Assembly (NCBI GenBank): GCA_023245335.1
Contig: JAHFKK010000001.1
Location: 1,000,019 to 1,064,018 of the forward strand
Source: Candidatus Gottesmanbacteria bacterium
Lineage (GTDB): Bacteria > Patescibacteriota > Microgenomatia > UBA10105 > UBA927
Reading direction: 5' to 3'
DNA length: 64,000 bases
The notes beneath the pieces were generated by a model, which did not search any database, was not told the origin of the DNA, and saw only the letters and a program-made list of their open reading frames with translations. Shown here piece after piece: positions 58,599 to 64,000 of this stretch. Within the stretch, counting starts at the first letter, position 1. Every line of letters starts with the position of its first letter. A program made the position numbers and the translations under genes.

Positions 58599-58633
58599 CC
58601 TGCGCCACGTAGCCTTGGCGAAGTGGGGCCTGC
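58599..58633. repeat. 25-nt hairpin flanked by a CCTGC direct repeat
   Basis: CCTGC-gCCACgtaGCcttgGCgaaGTGGgg-CCTGC. Confidence 0.45.
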
Positions 58634-58641
58634 CCAATTCC

Positions 58642-59226
58642 TTAACGAAATGGAGGTACCTTGTTATACAAAAGTAATACCCCCAACGAATACGCGGTTC
58701 CCAGAACAACTTCCAGCATATTATGGCGTTTGAGTTTGAGCCTGCTCCACCCAAGGATAGGGACAAGGCTCCCCAAAACCCAAAGCGAGAGCTCATACCA
58801 GCTGACGAGTAGCCCTATTGCCAGTACGAAAACCGCCATATGGCCGGAAATTTTTATCCGGAGCGTGATGAGGAAAAACCCAATCAGCCACAGAAGGAAC
58901 AGTTCAAAAAATCTGGATAACGCGGCGTTGTGCCAGAGGTAGGTCGACCAAAAAAGCAAAAAACAAAATGCGAGGAGAAGGATGAGAAGCCGCACGCGTT
59001 TGGGGCGGTTCGAGATATCCCAGTTGGTATGCATCATACGCGTGAGGCGTACCCGCGCGATGGCGACTATGACACCCACGGCAACGATATAGAGCGCGTA
59101 CGTCGCATACAGAAACCCCCGGAGGTGTACGTGCCACGCACCGATAAGCGCGATTGCCAAAAAAACTACCATCGGTTCAAAAATTTCCGATACGATTCGT
59201 GCGAGCACCGACTCTTCTGTCTTCAT
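58642..59226 (-). CDS. PAP2-like membrane protein
   Basis: KISGH, WSR..LKRH...EV..G. Confidence 0.75.
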   Translation of the reverse strand: MKTEESVLARIVSEIFEPMVVFLAIALIGAWHVHLRGFLYATYALYIVAVGVIVAIARVRLTRMMHTNWDISNRPKRVRLLILLLAFCFLLFWSTYLWHNAALSRFFELFLLWLIGFFLITLRIKISGHMAVFVLAIGLLVSWYELSLWVLGSLVPILGWSRLKLKRHNMLEVVLGTAYSLGVLLLYNKVPPFR

Positions 59227-59233
59227 ATATGTA

Positions 59234-60289
59234 TTATACTTTCCGCGCGGCAATTTTCACTTTCGCAAGAAGAATGGGGTCGCTCAAAAGCTTACCGCAT
59301 CCGCGGACGACAGCGGTTTGCGGGTCGTCGGTAATCCATACGGGCATTTTGAGCTCTGTCGCGATGAGTTTATCAATTCCCCGAAGCATGCTGCCGCCTC
59401 CCGCAAGCACGATACCGTGTTCCATGATATCTCCGATAAGCTCAGGCGGTGTTTCTTCGATGGTCTCCCCAAGCGCTTCTATGATTTCGTGGACGACCGG
59501 CGACACTGCTTCACGCACTTCTGCCTCCGACAATCTGACAGACTTGGGCAACCCCGTCTCGATATCGCGTCCGCGGATAACCGTCTGTTTTTCGATCTTT
59601 TCAGTCGGATACGCACTGCCGATCGTAATTTTCACTTCTTCGGCGGTCTGATCACCGATAAGGAGTGCGTGCTTCAGTCTCACAAACGAAACGATCGCTT
59701 CGTCCATCTCATCACCTGCCGTACGGATGCTACGGTTCACCACAATTCCGCCGAGCGACAACACGGCGATTTCCGTCGTCCCTCCGCCGATATCACAAAT
59801 AAACGATCCGCGGCTTTCCTGGATAGGAAGCCCGGCGCCGATTGCCGCTGCCATCGGCTCTTCTATAAGGTACACTTCACGCGCGCCGGCCATAATAGCC
59901 GCCTCCGCAGCGGCCCGACGCTCTACTTCCGTCACTCCCGACGGGATTCCAACGACGACTTTGGGCTTGGGAATGCTCGGGAACCCTTTCCGCTTGGGTT
60001 GTTCGTGAACGAGTTTGATGTAATGGGTGATCATCGCAGCTGTTGCGTCAAAGTCGGCTATCACCCCGTCTTTGAGCGGCCGCAATGCTTCGATCGTATC
60101 GGGGGTACGCCCAAGCATGTGCTTGGCCTCCCTGCCAATCGCGATAATCCGTTTCGTTTTGCGGTGACGCGCGACGACCGACGGCTCGCGGATCATAATA
60201 CCCTTGTCTTTCACAAAAACGAGCGTATTCGCCGTACCTAAATCGATGCCAAGATCATGGGAAAGTAAGCTGAAGAGCCAGTCAAACAT
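59234..60289 (-). CDS. mreB: Rod shape-determining protein MreB
   Basis: GIDLGTANT, PLKDGVIADF, IEEPMAAAIGAG, DIGGGTTE, LAGGG. Confidence 0.97.
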   Translation of the reverse strand: MFDWLFSLLSHDLGIDLGTANTLVFVKDKGIMIREPSVVARHRKTKRIIAIGREAKHMLGRTPDTIEALRPLKDGVIADFDATAAMITHYIKLVHEQPKRKGFPSIPKPKVVVGIPSGVTEVERRAAAEAAIMAGAREVYLIEEPMAAAIGAGLPIQESRGSFICDIGGGTTEIAVLSLGGIVVNRSIRTAGDEMDEAIVSFVRLKHALLIGDQTAEEVKITIGSAYPTEKIEKQTVIRGRDIETGLPKSVRLSEAEVREAVSPVVHEIIEALGETIEETPPELIGDIMEHGIVLAGGGSMLRGIDKLIATELKMPVWITDDPQTAVVRGCGKLLSDPILLAKVKIAARKV

Positions 60290-60375
60290 AATTATTCCGG
60301 AATTTTTTCCCGACCGACTCATTCTATCACATCTAAATTTCCTGGCCGTGACGTGTGCGGTATAATACTATATGT

Positions 60376-60885
60376 ATGCGAAATAGATATCCTCACCGAG
60401 GTCCTCCTATACATAAAGAAGTATTGCTTGGCTACGGAGACGGCTCTGAAGAAGGGTTAACGGAAGCGGAAGCGCCTTGGAGCCAATTATCGGGGGTGCA
60501 CCGGCCGTTTTTTACTAGGGAAGAGCGGGTTGGAACAGTATCTAACTTATCGGGTGACTCGATGGGTTTATTTGAAAATTATGATCGTGAAGCTACTCTA
60601 GTTGAGAATCCATTAACCGGTAAAACGAGATTCATATCCAGAAAATCCATATCCAATTTTTTTACCTCACATCTCCCCAAATTTCCTGTCGAACCGACAT
60701 GGGATTATCAAGAAGTTCGTCGTGGAAGGGCCGCGGGAGTGCTTGAACAGCGTGAGTCACGGGCGCTTCATTTCGACATCGATGAGGAAATTAAAAAACG
60801 TCACGGCGATCCAAAACACCCGTTAGCCTTTAAACATCCCCAAATAGGATATAAGCCCAAAATAACGAGACAACAAGATATATAA
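60376..60885 (+). CDS. Hypothetical protein
   Basis: ORF downstream of TATAAT. Confidence 0.6.
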   Translation: MRNRYPHRGPPIHKEVLLGYGDGSEEGLTEAEAPWSQLSGVHRPFFTREERVGTVSNLSGDSMGLFENYDREATLVENPLTGKTRFISRKSISNFFTSHLPKFPVEPTWDYQEVRRGRAAGVLEQRESRALHFDIDEEIKKRHGDPKHPLAFKHPQIGYKPKITRQQDI

Positions 60886-60895
60886 TAATGATCGT

Positions 60896-61123
60896 ATGGA
60901 AGACAAAATAGACCAACCGCGTACCCCGGAAGAAATCGCAAGAGATGGAGGTCAGCGCGGAGCGATACCTTTAGGACCAGGCGGCAACATCATCCACAGC
61001 ACAGGCACCGGGGATGAAGCGATTGAGAGATTTGAAAAAACTCACGGATCAATGAATATTCCGGCGTATCTTCGGAAACCTACACTTCGCAAACCCAAAA
61101 AGCCCCCTTTCAGCGGGAGTTAG
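60896..61123 (+). CDS. Small hypothetical protein
   Basis: ATG 6 nt after TATAAT. Confidence 0.6.
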   Translation: MEDKIDQPRTPEEIARDGGQRGAIPLGPGGNIIHSTGTGDEAIERFEKTHGSMNIPAYLRKPTLRKPKKPPFSGS

Positions 61124-61128
61124 TCTAT

Positions 61129-61461
61129 CTATTTTTTCCCGTCGAAACGTACCCTGCCTAATCCCGTCCCATAGTCCCGTAACCCCCGGTCGGTTCTCAC
61201 CGGAAGTATCGCATTGGGATGCTCAAAATTTTTGAGCTTCGTACCATTTTCGACCATGATAACTGTATCTTCGACTCTCCCCGTCACCGTACATGCCGCA
61301 TATCTCTGACAATAGTTACGAACATATCCAAGCGTAAGACCGAACCTACTTGCCAACTTAGATGCATTTAATCGAACGCCCGTATGTTTGACAAGGTACG
61401 ACTTGAGCTCGAACGTTGCAGCGCCATGCTCGTGATTTGCTTCGGAAGAATTTTTTGTCAT
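61129..61461 (-). CDS. Hypothetical protein, possible HTH
   Basis: ASKLASRFGLTLGYVRN; ATG 7 nt after TACAAT. Confidence 0.55.
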   Translation of the reverse strand: MTKNSSEANHEHGAATFELKSYLVKHTGVRLNASKLASRFGLTLGYVRNYCQRYAACTVTGRVEDTVIMVENGTKLKNFEHPNAILPVRTDRGLRDYGTGLGRVRFDGKK

Positions 61462-61505
61462 AGGGATAATTGTACCACGTGTTGTTCTGACGGTCCAAAT
61501 GAAGA

Positions 61506-62375
61506 TTATATTTTTGGTTTGAGGTCGACCCCGAAGTACAGCCGCATGATGAGGCGGTTCATGAGGAAACCGAATTCGGAAATCATGCGCTGTTTAAATG
61601 GCACCCCTCTGAATCGGAGTAATCCGTCATCAATGATTTTAAGCTTACCGGTATCATCTACCAGGACATTTGATACCTCAAACTCGCTCTTTGCAGAAAA
61701 TAGGTGCCGGATGTGATGTCTCATAAGTGAAAATCCGCCCGGAATACCGATAAAGTCCAGACTCTGTCCGGTTTGCCGCATCATCTCGCGGTTAAGCCTT
61801 GCCATATCGGCAAGCTGTGTCCGCACTGATTGCGTCTCCGTGAGGTGCGTCACGGGTTTCCCCTTCACCGCATCCTGTACATAGAGATACTTGCCCGTCG
61901 TGGTGTCCCGACGTAGTTCTGTCGGCACGGCATATACGCCGAAATATTTTTTGACGAGTGCTATATTTTCATTGTCATCCTTATACCCGGTACTCATGAG
62001 ACTATTGCTCCATTCACGCGGAATTTTTATAACTTTCGGGGTCATTCCCTCCGGAAGATACGAAAATACGATGTGGGTAAATCCCTGCCCCATAGGTACC
62101 GGATCTACGTAGGCGGAATCTATGCCGCAGTTTTTGAGAAACGACGAAGTTGCGGGCAAAAACTCTGCTTTGTTCGCCCAAAGCGGGGGTACGGGTTTCT
62201 TCTGCAATTTTTTGGCCTTTACGGTTTCCAGCGAATGTTTCTCCGCTGTGACCCGCGGTTCTATGGTCACACGGACTACTTCCCGTGCAACTGCGGTCTC
62301 CTTTTGCGGGACGCTACGTTCGGGGGCTTTAGCAGGTGATATGGTGCGTGAAACTTCGGGCGTCAATTCAGGCAT
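61506..62375 (-). CDS. Protein-kinase-like fold protein
   Basis: MGQGFTHIVF, KVIKIPR, SNVLVDDTGKLKIIDDG. Confidence 0.65.
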   Translation of the reverse strand: MPELTPEVSRTISPAKAPERSVPQKETAVAREVVRVTIEPRVTAEKHSLETVKAKKLQKKPVPPLWANKAEFLPATSSFLKNCGIDSAYVDPVPMGQGFTHIVFSYLPEGMTPKVIKIPREWSNSLMSTGYKDDNENIALVKKYFGVYAVPTELRRDTTTGKYLYVQDAVKGKPVTHLTETQSVRTQLADMARLNREMMRQTGQSLDFIGIPGGFSLMRHHIRHLFSAKSEFEVSNVLVDDTGKLKIIDDGLLRFRGVPFKQRMISEFGFLMNRLIMRLYFGVDLKPKI

Positions 62376-62464
62376 AGTAGCACAATTACCATTTTAGCGC
62401 ATATACGTCGCGTGTGTCACATACATGAAGATAATCTAGGGATTTCACGGATAGCGACCAAGAA

Positions 62465-62800
62465 TTACTTCCCTGTACCTACCTCTACGGGAAGAAGCAT
62501 ATAACTTTTACTACGCGGGTGGTGGACCACTCCGGGACCCAATTTCTGACGCAACTTGGACAAAAGATTCACGGCTTGGGCCTGGGTGAATTCCACATTT
62601 CGGTCCCGGGCAGCTCTCCTAAGTTTTTCGGGAGTCAGATCGGTATATCCCACCGGAAGTAGGTAGAGGGCCATCATTTCGTTATCATTAAGGTGTATAT
62701 CCTCTACTCTATCCGGTACACGTACGACACCGCGCTCGGGATATATCGTTACCGGGCCGCGGTGGTCTACATGTTCTTTACGATCGTTCTTCTCTATCAT
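62465..62800 (-). CDS. Stand-alone OmpR/PhoB-type winged-helix protein
   Basis: IHLNDNEM..L.LL, LSKLRQKL, SY.L; no receiver domain. Confidence 0.6.
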   Translation of the reverse strand: MIEKNDRKEHVDHRGPVTIYPERGVVRVPDRVEDIHLNDNEMMALYLLPVGYTDLTPEKLRRAARDRNVEFTQAQAVNLLSKLRQKLGPGVVHHPRSKSYMLLPVEVGTGK

Positions 62801-62813
62801 ACTGTTTCGATAA

Positions 62814-63068
62814 TCATTCCCTCCACTTTTGCCAGGGCGGCTTTTCGTTCGTATAGTATTTAGCACAGGCGGCACATTGAAGAATCGTCTCACCAATGAC
62901 ACCGGCTGCGATCCATCCGGCGCAATCAGCTCCTAATGCATGAAACGCAAGTATGGCACCTATTCCCACTGCTATAGATTCAGCCGACCGCACGATGGCC
63001 CCGACGGGATTACCGTCTACAGTACTCGGTGCCATCCATAGTAGTGCTTTCTTGATCTCGGGATTCAT
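62814..63068 (-). CDS. Small membrane hypothetical protein
   Basis: ATG 8 nt after TATAAT; two hydrophobic segments. Confidence 0.55.
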   Translation of the reverse strand: MNPEIKKALLWMAPSTVDGNPVGAIVRSAESIAVGIGAILAFHALGADCAGWIAAGVIGETILQCAACAKYYTNEKPPWQKWRE

Positions 63069-63156
63069 ACCGTTGAATTATACAGACTTGCGCAAGTTAA
63101 ACACGTCTATATCTTCTTGTTTCAGCTTTCAAAACTCTTAAAAACTGGAACGAGAA

Positions 63157-63447
63157 GGGAAAGAGAGGCAGCGAATAGCTGTTTTGATGGCCAAGGCCAC
63201 CTCTCTTTCCCATTTCCCAGCCGTACTCGGCGAATCGTTCTCTTCCCGCTTTCGCAGGTCGAACAAATTCGCCGAGTGATCGGCAAGGAGTCCGCTTCGG
63301 CGGTCGCTGGTTCCCGGTAAAGGGAGGCGACCGCCGTTGGGCGGAGTTTGATTTAGTGAACGAAAGAAACGTAATCGTTATGATCGGTCTGCCTCGGCAG
63401 TTGACGCTTACAGCGCGTATAGGAAGGGTGCACATAGGCACTTCCCT
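63157..63447 (-). ncRNA. Unassigned multi-hairpin structured RNA candidate
   Basis: Several GC-rich stems, a three-way junction, GAAA tetraloop on the minus strand. Confidence 0.5.
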
Positions 63448-64000
63448 AACGAGATTCGTCGTTCGTCTCTTGCAGACGCCTTTGCGGGACACTGTCCAGC
63501 ACTAGAGCCAACGCTTGTGCAGCGTGTGCGATATTTTGCATATTGTTGGTTCTGCCAAGATCGCCTTCGCCAAGCAAAGCTCTGGAAAGAGCAAGTAACG
63601 GTAAATTCTCTGATGCGGTTATCGTCGGTTTCTGTCCCGGCAAAAATAACGTTGTTGCACCGGGCGCATCGTCAGAAGTGTGCACAAACATAAATGGAAG
63701 CATTGGCAGCGTCCACCCGACTTGCACACCTGATCGCGACGGGACAGGCTTTATGGTAAGGCGGTAGTTCATCGCGCCGAAAAAGGCAACGAAAAGGATC
63801 GCCCCAAAAATAAGGGCTATGCCCAAAGCAAAACCGCCAGCCCACCTCATCACAATCTCAATCCCGACAATACGGTTGATTGTCGCTTGTCTTGTGGCGT
63901 CATCTATCAGTTTTTGATTCGCTAATGCCTGATCGGCCGTCGCTTGATTGATAGCTGACTGTGTCTGTATGCTCCCGGCATTGGCCTGATCAAGGGTCTT
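63446..64000 (-). CDS. Hypothetical membrane protein, 5' end outside the window
   Basis: Frame open to base 64000 (KTLDQANAGSIQ...IVMRWAGG). Confidence 0.65.
   Translation of the reverse strand, partial: KTLDQANAGSIQTQSAINQATADQALANQKLIDDATRQATINRIVGIEIVMRWAGGFALGIALIFGAILFVAFFGAMNYRLTIKPVPSRSGVQVGWTLPMLPFMFVHTSDDAPGATTLFLPGQKPTITASENLPLLALSRALLGEGDLGRTNNMQNIAHAAQALALVLDSVPQRRLQETNDESR

Noticed and set aside
58616..58626. 11-nt match to the tRNA-Cys D-arm (TGGCGAAGTGG)
   Set aside because: Too short to separate from chance
63218..63285. Group II intron domain V (AGCCGUAC...)
   Set aside because: Spacing between triad and bulge is wrong and there is no domain VI or maturase
63097..63492. 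RNase P RNA, tmRNA or a 131-aa ORF
   Set aside because: No GAGGAAAGUCC/CR-V pair and no tRNA-like ends; the ORF lies over dense hairpins and has no protein-like features

Overview
A 64-kb chromosomal window from a Patescibacteria (CPR) bacterium, most likely Microgenomates-like. This is inferred from an intron-bearing 16S gene that is unlinked to 23S and mismatches the 515F primer, from salvage-type metabolism, and from many orphan genes; standard code 11 is used. Main contents: (i) a nucleotide salvage/dTTP block (dNK, HAD, N-glycosidase-Tmk fusion, histidine phosphatase, Maf-like, glyA; dcd plus an MtrA-like/ThyA fusion; two divergent Cmk-like genes, NUDIX); (ii) glmS, preceded by a variant glmS ribozyme and followed by a ~240-nt rod-shaped RNA; (iii) a stand-alone 16S rRNA with a group I intron at S516 and a heptamer-repeat hairpin inserted in helix 40; (iv) tRNA-Ile, and tRNA-Cys flanked by partial copies of both of its own ends; (v) a surface-modification locus with five Thr-nucleophile sulfatase-fold paralogues, uppP coupled to an STT3/AglB-like GT-C protein, PAP2 phosphatases and YfhO/GT39 glycosyltransferases; (vi) topA-dprA, mrdA, mreB; (vii) a ~290-nt unexplained structured RNA near the right end. 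Many genes look leaderless, with a TANNNT box 6-8 nt before the start codon. No CRISPR array, integrase or transposase was seen. All calls come from reading motifs by eye; no searches were run.
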